Source of the DNA: Candidatus Saccharimonadia bacterium
Lineage (GTDB): Bacteria; Patescibacteriota; Saccharimonadia; UBA4664
Direction: 5' to 3'
DNA: 64,000 nt
NCBI GenBank assembly: GCA_038245115.1
Contig: JBBRSS010000004.1
Location: 1,804-65,803 of the forward strand
The stretch's first letter is position 1, and each line of letters starts with the position of its first letter. Both the position numbers and the translations under genes were made by a program. The notes beneath the pieces are model-generated. The model made no database searches. It saw nothing but the letters and a program-made list of their open reading frames with translations, and had not been told where the DNA came from. Shown one piece after another: positions 40,832-51,467 of the stretch.

Positions 40832-41383
40832 ATGAAGCAACCATCTGTCGGCAGCCAGTCAATCGTTCTCGGAGGAGGGTGTTTTTGGTGCCTTGAAGCC
40901 ACCTACCAGATGGTCGAGGGGGTCGAGAGTGTTGTTTCGGGCTACGCCGGGGGCCATGTCGAAGAGCCAACCTATGAGCAGGTGAGCGGGGGTGCTACCG
41001 GCCATGCCGAGGTCGTCAAAGTCGATTTTAACCCTGAGGTGATCGACCTGGACGCAATTCTGGAGATATTTTGGGCAGTTCACGACCCCACCACGCCCAA
41101 CCGGCAAGGGTACGATATTGGCTCCCAGTATCGTTCGATTATTTTGTTCGCCGACGATGAGCAAAAGCGGCTTGCCGAAGCCTCTATGCAGGCTATAGCC
41201 AATTTGTGGCCTGGCCCAATCGTTACCGAAATTGTCCCACTCGAGCATTTTTATGAGGCCGAAAGCTACCATCAAAACTATTTCCGCAACAATCCCGAGC
41301 AGGGCTACTGCCAAGCTATAATAAATCCCAAACTCGCCAAACTCCGTCAACATTTTGCATCGCGATTAAGAAAGGCCGCATAA
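40832..41383 (+). CDS. msrA: Peptide-methionine (S)-S-oxide reductase
   Basis: Active-site GGGCFWC; HDPTT; YHQNYF. Start could alternatively be the GTG at 40793. Confidence 0.85.
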   Translation: MKQPSVGSQSIVLGGGCFWCLEATYQMVEGVESVVSGYAGGHVEEPTYEQVSGGATGHAEVVKVDFNPEVIDLDAILEIFWAVHDPTTPNRQGYDIGSQYRSIILFADDEQKRLAEASMQAIANLWPGPIVTEIVPLEHFYEAESYHQNYFRNNPEQGYCQAIINPKLAKLRQHFASRLRKAA

Positions 41384-41387
41384 ACCC

Positions 41388-42977
41388 ATGATCAATACCC
41401 TCACTGCCGTCACTCCGGAAGTTCTAGAAGATATCGCCGCCGAACAGCGCCTGCGCCAAACCACCGAGGTATTTCTACTGTTCGCTATGGGCAGTCAATT
41501 CGACCATCTTATTAAGCTCCAGCTTGACCGTTTGGGGGTATATTGCCTGGTCGCCGACCCGTCGCACGTGAACGTCGAGGACGTGAAGCGGTTGGCCCCC
41601 ACCGGCATCATCGTCTCCGGCGGACCAGCCTCAGTTCATACCGATGCGGTTCCTTTCGATTCCGGAATTTATGAGCTTGGCATCCCGGTGCTGGGAATTT
41701 GCCTCGGTTTCCAGATGTGGGCCGCCCACCATGGGGCGGTAGTGGCGCCGGCACCTCAGCGCGAGTTTGGCGTTCACTCGCTCAATGTTGCTCAGGTAGA
41801 CTCGCCATTATTTGTGGGCATACCGGGCCACACTAAAGTGCTTCAAAGCCACGGTGACCGCATTGAGCCCGGAGACCAAATGGAAGTCCTCGCCGGCACC
41901 GACAATGCGCCAGTGGCGGCCGGTCACCTAGGCCACCTCTGGGGCGTGCAGTTTCATCCCGAGGTTACCGCCAGCGAGCACGGCGGTCAGGTGTTCGAAA
42001 ATTTCTGTTTCACCATATGCGGCGCCAAAGACCGTTTTCCGGCCGAAGATGTCGCCGGCCGCAAGGTAGCTGAGGTGCGTGAACGTGTCGGCACGGGCAA
42101 GGTCTTGTTGGCCCTATCTGGGGGTAGTGACTCATCCGTAGTGGCAACTATCCTTACCGCAGCCCTCAGTCCAGACCAGATCCGAGCCGTTTATATCCGC
42201 GGCATCGATCGCCCCGACGACGAAGCGTTTGTGCATCAATACTTTGGCCATCTCGACTTGGTAGTTTGCGATGCCACGGATGATTTTCTCGTCGCTTTGG
42301 CCGGTCACACCGGTATGCACGCCAAGCGCGTGGCCATGCGCGGGGTTTATAAACAAGTGCTCGAAAACGAAGTTACCAAATTTGGTGCCGATTTTATTGC
42401 CCAGGGCACACTGTACACCGACCTCACGGAGTCGGGCGGGGGACACAGCTCCGGCGCACGCAAAGCTCAGATCAAGCTTCATCATAATACCGGCCTCGAA
42501 TTTTCCTGTGCCGAACTCACTCCGCTCGACGATATGGTCAAAGACACCGCCCGCGCCGTCGGTCGCAGCCTAGGCACCCGCGAAGAACTACTAGTACGCC
42601 ATCCCTTTCCGGGGCCGGGTTTGGTAGTGCGCATAGAGGGTGAAGTCACTGCCGACAAACTCCGCATTGCGCGCGCCGCCGATGGTATCTACCTCGAGGA
42701 GTTGCGCGCCGCCGATTTGTACAATAGCGTTTGGCAGGCCGGCGCAGTGGTGACTCACTCGGTGGCGACATATTCCAAGGGCGATGATGCCGGCACCGGT
42801 TTGGTACTGGCAATCTGGGCCGTCTGGAGCGTTAACGGCTTTACCGCCGAGTGGGCCGAGTTGCCCTATGATTTCTTGCGCGGCCTATCGCGCCGCCTAA
42901 CCAATGAAATTCCCGAGCTGGCTTCGGTGGTCTACCGCATCTCCGACAAACCACCCGCCACGATCGAATGGGGGTAA
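41388..42977 (+). CDS. guaA: GMP synthase (glutamine-hydrolysing): class I GATase domain plus a PP-loop ATP pyrophosphatase
   Basis: GICLGFQMW with the conserved Cys; PP-loop LLALSGGSDSSVVA; C-terminal dimerisation domain. Confidence 0.8.
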   Translation: MINTLTAVTPEVLEDIAAEQRLRQTTEVFLLFAMGSQFDHLIKLQLDRLGVYCLVADPSHVNVEDVKRLAPTGIIVSGGPASVHTDAVPFDSGIYELGIPVLGICLGFQMWAAHHGAVVAPAPQREFGVHSLNVAQVDSPLFVGIPGHTKVLQSHGDRIEPGDQMEVLAGTDNAPVAAGHLGHLWGVQFHPEVTASEHGGQVFENFCFTICGAKDRFPAEDVAGRKVAEVRERVGTGKVLLALSGGSDSSVVATILTAALSPDQIRAVYIRGIDRPDDEAFVHQYFGHLDLVVCDATDDFLVALAGHTGMHAKRVAMRGVYKQVLENEVTKFGADFIAQGTLYTDLTESGGGHSSGARKAQIKLHHNTGLEFSCAELTPLDDMVKDTARAVGRSLGTREELLVRHPFPGPGLVVRIEGEVTADKLRIARAADGIYLEELRAADLYNSVWQAGAVVTHSVATYSKGDDAGTGLVLAIWAVWSVNGFTAEWAELPYDFLRGLSRRLTNEIPELASVVYRISDKPPATIEWG

Positions 42978-43145
42978 TCCGCAGAATAACTTTGCAAAAT
43001 GGGTTATGATAAGGCCATAAATTCAAACCTGAAATGAAATTTACCACTCTTAAAATGTCACCAATTACCCCAGTCCGGATTGCCAATTTTGCATTTGTTT
43101 TGGCTCTGCCTGGGTATTTTTGTGATGATTGTCGTGATTAAATAA

Positions 43146-43631
43146 ATGTCCCGTATTGTCATAGGTTCAGCTTCGCCGAGTTCGCTTCCTGCCCTCAACC
43201 GTTTATTCACCGACGCTGTTGCTATTCATTTTTCGTATTTCCCGCCTGCCGTCCAAAAGCGCGTTATCGATGATCATTCCGTATTTCGGTTAATCTTGGC
43301 CACGCTTGACCCGCATCGCGTAATTTTAGTAGCTCGTACCAAGGGAAAAATTATCGGCTATGCTATCGGGGCTGCTCCCGCCAGCGGACCTGCTCAGCTA
43401 TTTTGGCTGTATGTGGACCCTGATTATCGCGGCGCCAACACCGGCCTAAGCCTGCTCTCGCGTATGCTGCGGCATCTTCAGACAAAGGGTGCCCAAGTAG
43501 TATCTATCGCCACTCATGATCACCGGGCTTACTACGAACGCCAGGGCTTTAAATTTGTTAAGAATACCCTTGTTAACGGTGTTAAAATGGACGTGCTTAG
43601 CTTCAGACTTACGCCGCCGATATCGATATGA
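43146..43631 (+). CDS. GNAT-family N-acetyltransferase
   Basis: LYVDPDYRGANTGLSLLSRML is the acetyl-CoA-binding motif A. Confidence 0.7.
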   Translation: MSRIVIGSASPSSLPALNRLFTDAVAIHFSYFPPAVQKRVIDDHSVFRLILATLDPHRVILVARTKGKIIGYAIGAAPASGPAQLFWLYVDPDYRGANTGLSLLSRMLRHLQTKGAQVVSIATHDHRAYYERQGFKFVKNTLVNGVKMDVLSFRLTPPISI

Positions 43632-44938
43632 AATTAGTCAAACCCAAACTCAAATCCCAAAACGTTCATGTGAGACCCGTCTTCGGTCTGCTATTGCTGC
43701 TCACTGTCTTTGAGGCCGGTATAGTTTATTTGGCTAACAGTACGTCCGTCCCGGTGGGCAGTTCTCCTCTGGTATCGCCGAAATCGCCCGTCCGAGCGGG
43801 TTCGGTAATCTCTGTGGCTACCGTCGAGCATTTCTCACCGGACGCCACAACGGCGCTCATCAAGCATAATTACCCGGCGGGCGTACCGGGGGAGGGTATT
43901 GGCGTTACTAAAATAACGTTTAGCTACCGCACCCAGGTGCCGAATGGTCAAATGGTTGCTATCCATGGGCGTGCCTATTTGCCGGATGACGCTCGTGCCA
44001 ATTTGCCGATATTCGCCTTCGGTCCAGGCACCACCGGTATCGGCGACCAGTGCGCCCCCAGCCTCGAGAAGCCAGCCGTGGCCAACTGGGGCAATTACGA
44101 CGCGCACATGAGCGCCTACGCCCTTCAGGGCTTCGCTGCCGTTACGACCGACTATGAGGGTATGCGTGACCCCGATCGGGTTCACCATTACATGGTGGGC
44201 GAGCTAGAAGGACGTGCCCTACTTGATGCCGTTCGGGGCTTGCGCCATCTTCCTCAGGGGCAGGGCCGCCTCAGCCCGACCAGCGTCTTTTTGGCGGGCT
44301 ACTCTCAGGGCGGCCATGCCGCATTTTGGGCCGACAAAATTGCCGATCGCTATGCGCCCGACGTTCGCCCGCTCGGCGTGATAGGCTTTGGGCCCGTCAT
44401 GAGCGTGAAGCAAACTCTGGCTGACGTCACTCACGGCGCCAACATTAACTGGTTTGGGCCCAACGTAGTGCGCAGTTTCGAGGATTATTACCAGCAAACT
44501 TACCCGGGTGTCATTCTCCCTGCGCGCGAGAATAACCTGGCGGCCAATGTTGACGCTCATTGTATTGATACCGACTTATCGTACTGGGGCCACAACCCTG
44601 CCGCTATCTACACTCCCGAGTTCATCGGGTCGGCTCTGGCCGGGGACATTTCCACTAAGTACAGCGAGTTTGGCAAAGCTCTCGACGAAAATGAGGTCGG
44701 TGCAGTCAGTACTGACAGTGCCAAGCGTATCAATCAAGGCGCTAACGATAATGTAGTTCTGCCCGCCCAGCAGGCCGTTGCCTTGCCTAAACTTTGTGCC
44801 TCCAGTGCTGGGCCAGTGCAATTAGTAGTCTATTCCGGCACCACCCATTACGACGCCATGCTCCATAGTTTTGGCGACACTATCGGCTGGATGCGTGCTC
44901 TCGAGAATCACCAGCCCGTGCCCTCAACCTGTAGTTAG
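43628..44938 (+). CDS. Secreted alpha/beta hydrolase of the secretory-lipase (LIP) family
   Basis: N-terminal signal anchor; nucleophile elbow GYSQGG; ATGA overlap with the GNAT gene. Confidence 0.55.
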   Translation: MKLVKPKLKSQNVHVRPVFGLLLLLTVFEAGIVYLANSTSVPVGSSPLVSPKSPVRAGSVISVATVEHFSPDATTALIKHNYPAGVPGEGIGVTKITFSYRTQVPNGQMVAIHGRAYLPDDARANLPIFAFGPGTTGIGDQCAPSLEKPAVANWGNYDAHMSAYALQGFAAVTTDYEGMRDPDRVHHYMVGELEGRALLDAVRGLRHLPQGQGRLSPTSVFLAGYSQGGHAAFWADKIADRYAPDVRPLGVIGFGPVMSVKQTLADVTHGANINWFGPNVVRSFEDYYQQTYPGVILPARENNLAANVDAHCIDTDLSYWGHNPAAIYTPEFIGSALAGDISTKYSEFGKALDENEVGAVSTDSAKRINQGANDNVVLPAQQAVALPKLCASSAGPVQLVVYSGTTHYDAMLHSFGDTIGWMRALENHQPVPSTCS

Positions 44939-44970
44939 CGTAAGATGTAATAAGATACGTCAACAAAACA

Positions 44971-46107
44971 ATGTCAAAATATAAGCAACAATTCGAAACC
45001 GCTACCGGCCGCCTCTCCCGTCCCGGCAATAAAATCACCGTGCTTCAAAACGGGAATGAAATATTCCCCGCTATGATGCGGGCTATTAATGGTGCGCAGA
45101 CGAGCATTGAGTTTACGACTTACGTCTTGTGGCGCAGTCATATTGCTACCGACATTGCCGATGCCCTCTGCGAGCGGGCGAGGGCGGGTGTATCGGTTCG
45201 GTTGCTCATCGACGCCGTTGGTGGTGCCATTATGAGCACCCGTACCTTCGGTAAGTTGGTGCAGGCTGGCGTTAAAGTGGCCTGGTTTAGGCCCATGGGG
45301 GTCAGGCAGCTACGTCACCTCAATCACCGCACCCATCGCAAAATCCTGTTGGTAGATGGCCTAATCGGTTTTACCGGCGGGGTTGGCATAGCCGATCAAT
45401 GGGGCGGGAATGCTCAGGGGCCAGATCATTGGCGCGAAACGCATTGCCGCATCGAGGGGCCGGCCTGTATCGATCTCCATGAGGGCTTTGCCGACAACTG
45501 GCTAGAAGCCACTTCGGAACGGCTCCCGCCGCCTGCCACACCGCCCAGCCTCGGGCCCACCGAGATTCTCACCACGCCCAGCACCGACGGGCCGCGTCCC
45601 ACCGGTATTGAGCGCCTGTTTGGAGCGGCCATCGCCACCGCGCAGAACCGACTTTGGATAGCCACCGCTTACTTTGTGCCCAGACCAGAGCAAATAGCGG
45701 CCCTCTGTGCCGCCGCGGCTCGAGGTGTGGATGTGCGCGTGCTCACCAACGGTCCGAGCACCAACCATAAGCTCACGCGGCTTGCCGGGCAGGCTAGTTA
45801 TGAGGCGTTAATTGAAAACGGTGTGCGCATTTATGAGTATCAGCGCACCGTTTTGCATGTTAAACTCATCACGGTTGATTCGCAGTGGGCCACAATTGGC
45901 TCGGCCAACTTCGATAACCGGTCCTTTGTTCTTAATGATGAGCTCAACATTTCCATCGAAGGCGCCGATTTTGCGGCCCTACTCGATAAACAGTTTATGC
46001 AGGACCTCAAGGGCTCGAAGCATATCAGCATGGCGTCTTGGCAGCATCGTGGCTGGCGCAATCGTATGCTGGAGGCAGGTTCCCGAGCATTCAGTCAACA
46101 ACTATAG
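44971..46107 (+). CDS. cls: Cardiolipin synthase / phospholipase-D family (two HKD motifs, no TM)
   Basis: HRKILLVDG and HVKLITVDSQWATIGSANFDNRS. Confidence 0.75.
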   Translation: MSKYKQQFETATGRLSRPGNKITVLQNGNEIFPAMMRAINGAQTSIEFTTYVLWRSHIATDIADALCERARAGVSVRLLIDAVGGAIMSTRTFGKLVQAGVKVAWFRPMGVRQLRHLNHRTHRKILLVDGLIGFTGGVGIADQWGGNAQGPDHWRETHCRIEGPACIDLHEGFADNWLEATSERLPPPATPPSLGPTEILTTPSTDGPRPTGIERLFGAAIATAQNRLWIATAYFVPRPEQIAALCAAAARGVDVRVLTNGPSTNHKLTRLAGQASYEALIENGVRIYEYQRTVLHVKLITVDSQWATIGSANFDNRSFVLNDELNISIEGADFAALLDKQFMQDLKGSKHISMASWQHRGWRNRMLEAGSRAFSQQL

Positions 46108-46138
46108 TAAAATACCCCTGAATTAGGAGATCATCAGT

Positions 46139-47032
46139 ATGTCCAAAAAAGTTACCAAAGCAATTATTTGCGCCGCCGGCCTCGGAACGCGTTTTTTGCC
46201 CATGACCAAAGCCATGCCCAAAGAGATGCTGCCCATCATCGATAAGCCGATTATTCAGTATGTCGTCGAAGAGGCAGTAGCGGCCGGTATTACCGACATT
46301 ATTATCGTCGGGAGCGCCAACAAGCGCACCATTGAGGACCATTTTGACCACCAGTATGAACTCGAGGCCAAATTACGCAAAGATGGCAAAGCCGAGCTCG
46401 CCGAAAGCATGGAAAAGGTCGCCGAGCTCGCCAACTTTATTTACCTGCGCCAAAAAGGCATATACGGCAATGCTACTCCCGTACTAAATGCGGCTCACCT
46501 GCTCCACGACGAACCCTTCTTGGTTCTGTTTGCCGACGACTTCTTTAACTCCCGAGTCCCGCGTTCGGTCCAGCTGGTTGAGGCGTATGAGCGCTTCCAG
46601 AAGCCAATTATTTCGCTCGTGCCCGTTGATCCGTCCCGGGCAAAGAGCTATGGCATCGCCGATATCAAGCAGACCATCGACGAACGCAACTTTGAGCTCT
46701 CCGGTTTACTCGAAAAGCCTGAGCCCAACGAAACGCCTGAGCACAATGGCCATATCTACGCGAGTGTTGCCGGTTATATCTTTACTCCCGAAATGATGGC
46801 CTACGTCGAACGGCTCGTTCCCGACAAAACCGGTGAATTGGTTCTGGCCAACGCCATTAATGCCTACTCCAAAGACGATCAAGTATACGGGCGCATCATT
46901 GAAGGCAAATGGCACGACGCGGGGAATAAAGAGAAATATCTTGAAGCCATCGTGGACGTCGCCCTAGACGATCCAGCCATCGCGCCGGCCTTCAAGAAGT
47001 TCCTCGACGAAAAACTTAAAGGATCGGCATAA
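46139..47032 (+). CDS. galU: UTP--glucose-1-phosphate uridylyltransferase
   Basis: KAIICAAGLGTRFLPMTKAMPKEMLPIIDKP. Confidence 0.85.
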   Translation: MSKKVTKAIICAAGLGTRFLPMTKAMPKEMLPIIDKPIIQYVVEEAVAAGITDIIIVGSANKRTIEDHFDHQYELEAKLRKDGKAELAESMEKVAELANFIYLRQKGIYGNATPVLNAAHLLHDEPFLVLFADDFFNSRVPRSVQLVEAYERFQKPIISLVPVDPSRAKSYGIADIKQTIDERNFELSGLLEKPEPNETPEHNGHIYASVAGYIFTPEMMAYVERLVPDKTGELVLANAINAYSKDDQVYGRIIEGKWHDAGNKEKYLEAIVDVALDDPAIAPAFKKFLDEKLKGSA

Positions 47033-47034
47033 CC

Positions 47035-48051
47035 ATGATGAAGCCAAGAGTCGCCTTTTATGATGTCCACCCAATTGATCAGGCCGTTTATCAAGATCTC
47101 ATGGCCGAAGATTTTGAGCTGATTTTTTGCGATACCGCTTTGTCCGCCGGCAACGCTAAGCTAGCCCTTGAGGCAGAGGTGCTGTCGGTGCATGTTACCA
47201 GCCCGGTTACGGCTGAGTTTATGGCGGCAATGCCCAAATTGCGTCATGTAGCTTGCCGTTCTACCGGCTATGACAATGTTGATCTGGTATATGCCAAAGC
47301 CCACGATATTTCGGTGTCAACCGTCCCTGCCTACGGTCAGGAAACGGTTGCAGAATACGCCTTTTTGATGATGCTGGCTGTCTCTCGGAAATTAATGCCG
47401 GCGGCTCATTCGGTTCAAACTCAGGAGATAATTCCCGAAAAGCTCACTGGCCATGAACTTTCCGGCAAAACCCTGGGCATTATTGGCACCGGTCGCATTG
47501 GTCAGCATGTTGCTGCGATTGGGGCTGGTTTCGGCATGAAGCTGCTGGGCTACGATCCATATCCTCAGCCCGAGGCAGCCGCTCGTCTCGGATTCACCTA
47601 TACCGATCTGCCTGAGTTGCTGGCAGCGGCCGATTATATCTCACTGCACGCGCCAGGTCGGCCGGACAATCATCACCTCATAAGCACTGAAGAATTTGAT
47701 CAGATGAAACCCGGGGTGTTTATTGTTAACACCGCTCGGGGGTCGCTCCTCGACACTGTAGCGCTCATTGACGCCCTCGAATCTGGTAAAGTTGCCGGAG
47801 CCGGCCTGGACGTCCTCGAAGGCGAAGAACTGCTCAATCTGCCGTCCGAGCTGCATCTGCTTGGCACTGCCAAATTAGGCGATGAAGCTCGTCAGGTTCT
47901 GGGCATCGAGGTTTTGCATACCATGCCCAATGTGCTGATCACTTCACACAACGCCTACAACTCGGCCGAAGCGCTTAGTCGCATTCGAACCATCACAGTA
48001 GAAAATATTATGGCTTGGCAAAAGGAAAAACCTCAAAATCTGGTCGGCTAG
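47035..48051 (+). CDS. D-isomer-specific 2-hydroxyacid dehydrogenase (D-lactate dehydrogenase-like)
   Basis: GKTLGIIGTGRIGQHVA Rossmann motif; catalytic R/E/H triad region (NTARG..., ITSHNAY). Confidence 0.75.
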   Translation: MMKPRVAFYDVHPIDQAVYQDLMAEDFELIFCDTALSAGNAKLALEAEVLSVHVTSPVTAEFMAAMPKLRHVACRSTGYDNVDLVYAKAHDISVSTVPAYGQETVAEYAFLMMLAVSRKLMPAAHSVQTQEIIPEKLTGHELSGKTLGIIGTGRIGQHVAAIGAGFGMKLLGYDPYPQPEAAARLGFTYTDLPELLAAADYISLHAPGRPDNHHLISTEEFDQMKPGVFIVNTARGSLLDTVALIDALESGKVAGAGLDVLEGEELLNLPSELHLLGTAKLGDEARQVLGIEVLHTMPNVLITSHNAYNSAEALSRIRTITVENIMAWQKEKPQNLVG

Positions 48052-48083
48052 CCAAGCCTGCCATTTTGGCGCATAATCGCCCC

Positions 48084-48251
48084 ATGAGCAACCGTAGCCT
48101 TTATCTTCTTGGCGCCACCGTGGGCGGCACACTCGGCGGTCTCCTGCCTGGAATTTGGGGCGGCAGCGACTTTTCGGGTACGGGTGTACTACTTAGCACC
48201 CTCGGCGGAATCATCGGTATTTGGGCGACCTACAAATTTATTGTCGCCTAG
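48084..48251 (+). CDS. Small Gly-rich membrane protein (Transgly_assoc/GlsB-like?)
   Basis: 55 aa with G-rich TM segments GGTLGGLLPGIWGG and GGIIGIWATY. Confidence 0.3.
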   Translation: MSNRSLYLLGATVGGTLGGLLPGIWGGSDFSGTGVLLSTLGGIIGIWATYKFIVA

Positions 48252-48320
48252 CCTGTACGCTAACCACTAAATAAACCGCCACGAAAATTGGGCGGTTTAT
48301 TTAGTGAGCAATCAATATTA

Positions 48321-48584
48321 CTAAAGCGAGTCTTTCCTAAATACCCTTACCAGCGATAGCAGAATTACGGCTCCCAGCACTGCCGTCAGTAGGCTGCCAA
48401 CGCTAAAGCTGCTAGTCGTCGACACACCCAGCATTTGCAGCGCCAACCCACCAATAAACGCGCCAATTACACCGACCGCCACATTCATCCACCCGTTAAC
48501 TTGAGCGTTCGTACCTGTCAGCATCGAGGCAATCCACCCCGCTAACGCCCCTAGTACAATCCACGTAATTATTGTCCACAACAT
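48321..48584 (-). CDS. GlsB/YeaQ/YmgE-family (transglycosylase-associated) stress membrane protein
   Basis: IVLGALAGWIASMLTG ... VGVIGAFIGGLAL matches the family signature. Confidence 0.6.
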   Translation of the reverse strand: MLWTIITWIVLGALAGWIASMLTGTNAQVNGWMNVAVGVIGAFIGGLALQMLGVSTTSSFSVGSLLTAVLGAVILLSLVRVFRKDSL

Positions 48585-48775
48585 AAGATAACTCCTCACT
48601 TAAATGCTTAACCACAATATCTTCTCGAGGTATTTGAGGGTAATAGTCATAATTCCAATACTACAAAATAATTCCAAGTTAACCTTAGAAATATCACCAA
48701 ATTGCATTTAGCCGTGGCGGCACACCCGCCATCATGATATAAATATCCTTAACGATAACCACACACAGGAGATAT

Positions 48776-49309
48776 ATGGGCTACCCCTACAATAAACTAG
48801 CATTTGGCAAAGACGGCGAATACGTGACCACGGTCATTGAGATCCCCAAGGGTTCAACCCTCAAGGTCGAATGGCGCCGTCACGAGGAATTATTTGCGCT
48901 CGACCGTGTCGAGCCCGCTATCTTCGCTAAGCCCACCAGCTATGGATTTATCCCCCAAACTCTCGATGAGGACGGCGACGAGCTCGATGTCCTCCTGGTC
49001 ACCACCGAGCCCCTCCCCATGGGCCTGGTCATCGAGCAAACTCGTGTTATCGGCATGGTCGACTTCGAAGACGACGGCGAAAACGACCACAAAGTCATCT
49101 GCGTTCCGGTGGACGACCGCCACTCCGGCACCATCACGCATGTCGACGAGCTGGGTGAGCAGTGGAAGCGCCAAGTAACACATCATTTCACCCACTACAA
49201 AGATCTCAAAAAGGGCGGTACGCTCGTTCGAGGCATCGTCGGCCCCGACGAAGCCTGGAAAGTCATCCGTGAATGCTCCGACCGCGCCCAAGCCGACAAG
49301 TGGTGGTAA
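48776..49309 (+). CDS. ppa: Inorganic pyrophosphatase, family I
   Basis: DGDELDVLLV, DDGENDHKVI and the conserved Asp cluster. Confidence 0.85.
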   Translation: MGYPYNKLAFGKDGEYVTTVIEIPKGSTLKVEWRRHEELFALDRVEPAIFAKPTSYGFIPQTLDEDGDELDVLLVTTEPLPMGLVIEQTRVIGMVDFEDDGENDHKVICVPVDDRHSGTITHVDELGEQWKRQVTHHFTHYKDLKKGGTLVRGIVGPDEAWKVIRECSDRAQADKWW

Positions 49310-49419
49310 ACCCTAGCTTTACACATGGTCTAATTATACGTAGAATAATAAAAGTTTCACCTAACTAGAACGTTAGGAGGTGGAAACTAGTCCGAAGCAC
49401 CCCTACAGAAGGGCACGAC

Positions 49420-49590
49420 ATGAAAATGGTCAAGAAGATCTTGCTGTGGACGGTGATTGCATTCATCGTCTTCGCAGTTTTCAAGTACCCCACCCAGGCG
49501 GCAGCGGATGTGCAAACCGTATGGGGATGGGTGGTGAACCTGTTCAAGAGTCTCGCAACGTTCTTCAACAGCATCCTTACCACTCACTGA
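49420..49590 (+). CDS. Small hydrophobic protein (56 aa, one TM), uncertain
   Basis: MKMVKKILLWTVIAFIVFAVF... with GAAGGG 8 nt upstream. Followed by a long imperfect hairpin at 49649..49690. Confidence 0.25.
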   Translation: MKMVKKILLWTVIAFIVFAVFKYPTQAAADVQTVWGWVVNLFKSLATFFNSILTTH

Positions 49591-49790
49591 AGCCCAACAT
49601 GGGTACCAGAAGGGGAGCGTCAACTTCCCTTCAATCTTCCCCGTGCCACAGTCAGTCGGGGGCTCCCTTCGGGGCGCCTCCGACTGACGGCTCAATGCAA
49701 TTATTCGTCTGAAGATCACGCCCCGCTTGTCACTTCCAGCTCAACCTTATATGCTGGGGTTAACATAAGCGGAAAAATATTGACACAATT

Positions 49791-50801
49791 ATGACCTACA
49801 AAGTTGCCATTAATGGTTTCGGCCGCATCGGCCGCAACGCTTTTAAAATTGCTCTTGGGCACCCCGAACTAGAAATAGTCGCTGTAAACGATATCACCAG
49901 CACCGAAACGTTGGCCTATTTACTAAAACACGACTCCAACTACGGCTCTTATCAAGAGGATGTTAGCCATGATGATCAAAATCTTATTGTTGGCGGCAAA
50001 AAAATCCGTGTCACTGCCGAAAAAGACCCGGCACTCTTGCCGTGGAAAGACATGGGCGTGGATATCGTTATTGAGTCTACCGGCCGCTTCACCAAATTCG
50101 AAGACGCCAGTAAGCACATTCAGGCCGGCGCCAAGCGCGTCGTGCTTTCCGGCCCGGGTAAGGGTGAGGGGATTGGCACGTATGTCATTGGCGTCAATGA
50201 AGGCGACCTCACGGCAGCCGACTCCGTCGTGTCCAATGCTTCCTGTACTACCAACTGCATCACTCCTGTCGCCGTCGTAATTGAAGAAAATTTCGGCATT
50301 GAAAAAGCTATGATGACCACCGTTCACAGCTACACTGCCAGCCAGTCGCTTCAGGATGCGCCTTCCAAGGATGTGCGCGAAGGCCGCAACGCCGCCGAAA
50401 ACATTGTTCCCACCACCACCGGTGCCGCCACTGCCGCCGCCAAAGCTTTTCCGGCCCTCAAAGGCAAGTTCGACGGCCTCAGCGTGCGTGTACCCACCCC
50501 CGTAGTTTCGTTGAGCGACTTCACCTTCGTGACCACCAAAGATGTCACGATTGAGCAGGTTAACGCCGCCCTCAAGGCTGCTACCAAGGAGCCACGTTTC
50601 GAAGGTGTGCTCGACGTCACCGAAGAGCCGCTAGTATCCTCGGACTTCATCGGCAACCCGCACTCCGGCATTGTCGACCTGGCCCTCACCAACGTGGTCG
50701 GCGGGAACCTGCTGAAGGTTGTTGTGTGGTACGACAATGAATGGGGTTACTCCAACCGCCTCGTCGAAAACGTCCTCAATGTCGCCAAAACCATCAGCTA
50801 G
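49791..50801 (+). CDS. gap: Glyceraldehyde-3-phosphate dehydrogenase, type I
   Basis: INGFGRIGR; ASCTTNC catalytic Cys; WYDNEWGYS. Confidence 0.95.
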   Translation: MTYKVAINGFGRIGRNAFKIALGHPELEIVAVNDITSTETLAYLLKHDSNYGSYQEDVSHDDQNLIVGGKKIRVTAEKDPALLPWKDMGVDIVIESTGRFTKFEDASKHIQAGAKRVVLSGPGKGEGIGTYVIGVNEGDLTAADSVVSNASCTTNCITPVAVVIEENFGIEKAMMTTVHSYTASQSLQDAPSKDVREGRNAAENIVPTTTGAATAAAKAFPALKGKFDGLSVRVPTPVVSLSDFTFVTTKDVTIEQVNAALKAATKEPRFEGVLDVTEEPLVSSDFIGNPHSGIVDLALTNVVGGNLLKVVVWYDNEWGYSNRLVENVLNVAKTIS

Positions 50802-50804
50802 ATA

Positions 50805-51299
50805 ATGGCATACAAGCGAAGTTCTACACTTTTCCCGCTATTAGGTATTGTAGGAGCCGTTTTAGTCGCCCTGGGTGGTTGGTTGGTCTTCCGGCAGATT
50901 GCTAGTTGGCAATTCGCCCTGTTCACCTGCTCCTATCCCGAGTATGGGAATTGCCAGGAAGCGTCTTCGATATATCGGCAAATTGTCGAAACGGCCGTGC
51001 CGATATTGCTTGGGGTAGCGCTTCTGGCTCCCCTGATTATCCGGCAGCATTGGCTGCGATATGCCACACTGATTTTCAGTGTAGGCGTAGTGTATGTCAC
51101 GTATCCGCTCGCGCTTATCTGCACAATCGAGTGCGGCTTTGCGGGCCCGAACGACCAAGGGGGCTGCCCCGTCGTGCAAATGTGCCATGTTAACCCCTCG
51201 TGGTACGCAATCTGGTTGCTCCCGTTGGCTGTACTTGCCTATATCATTCTTCGTCGGATAATTTTAGTTAGCTATAGGCTGGCCAAACAAAAAGGTTGA
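50805..51299 (+). CDS. Hypothetical Cys-rich membrane protein (4 TM)
   Basis: 164 aa with CSYPEYGNCQ and CTIECGF...GGCPVVQMC. Confidence 0.4.
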   Translation: MAYKRSSTLFPLLGIVGAVLVALGGWLVFRQIASWQFALFTCSYPEYGNCQEASSIYRQIVETAVPILLGVALLAPLIIRQHWLRYATLIFSVGVVYVTYPLALICTIECGFAGPNDQGGCPVVQMCHVNPSWYAIWLLPLAVLAYIILRRIILVSYRLAKQKG

Positions 51300-51467
51300 G
51301 CTTCGGTTGAGCAAAATACCCCGCTCCGAGAAGGGTATACCTTCTCCCGAAAATAGTCTCATTAAAAGACTAATCTAAATGAGACTAATCCGAGCAAAAA
51401 GGTGAGTTCCGCGCAAAATGGCCAGTAACCGGTTGCCCCTAAACCCATAATAGACAATACTTAAGCT

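Noticed and set aside
49387-49719. 110-aa minus-strand ORF opposite the small TM ORF and hairpin downstream of ppa
   Set aside because: No SD. It spans a structured GC-rich hairpin, its composition is Cys/Arg/Glu-rich without motifs, and the plus-strand small ORF is the better candidate.
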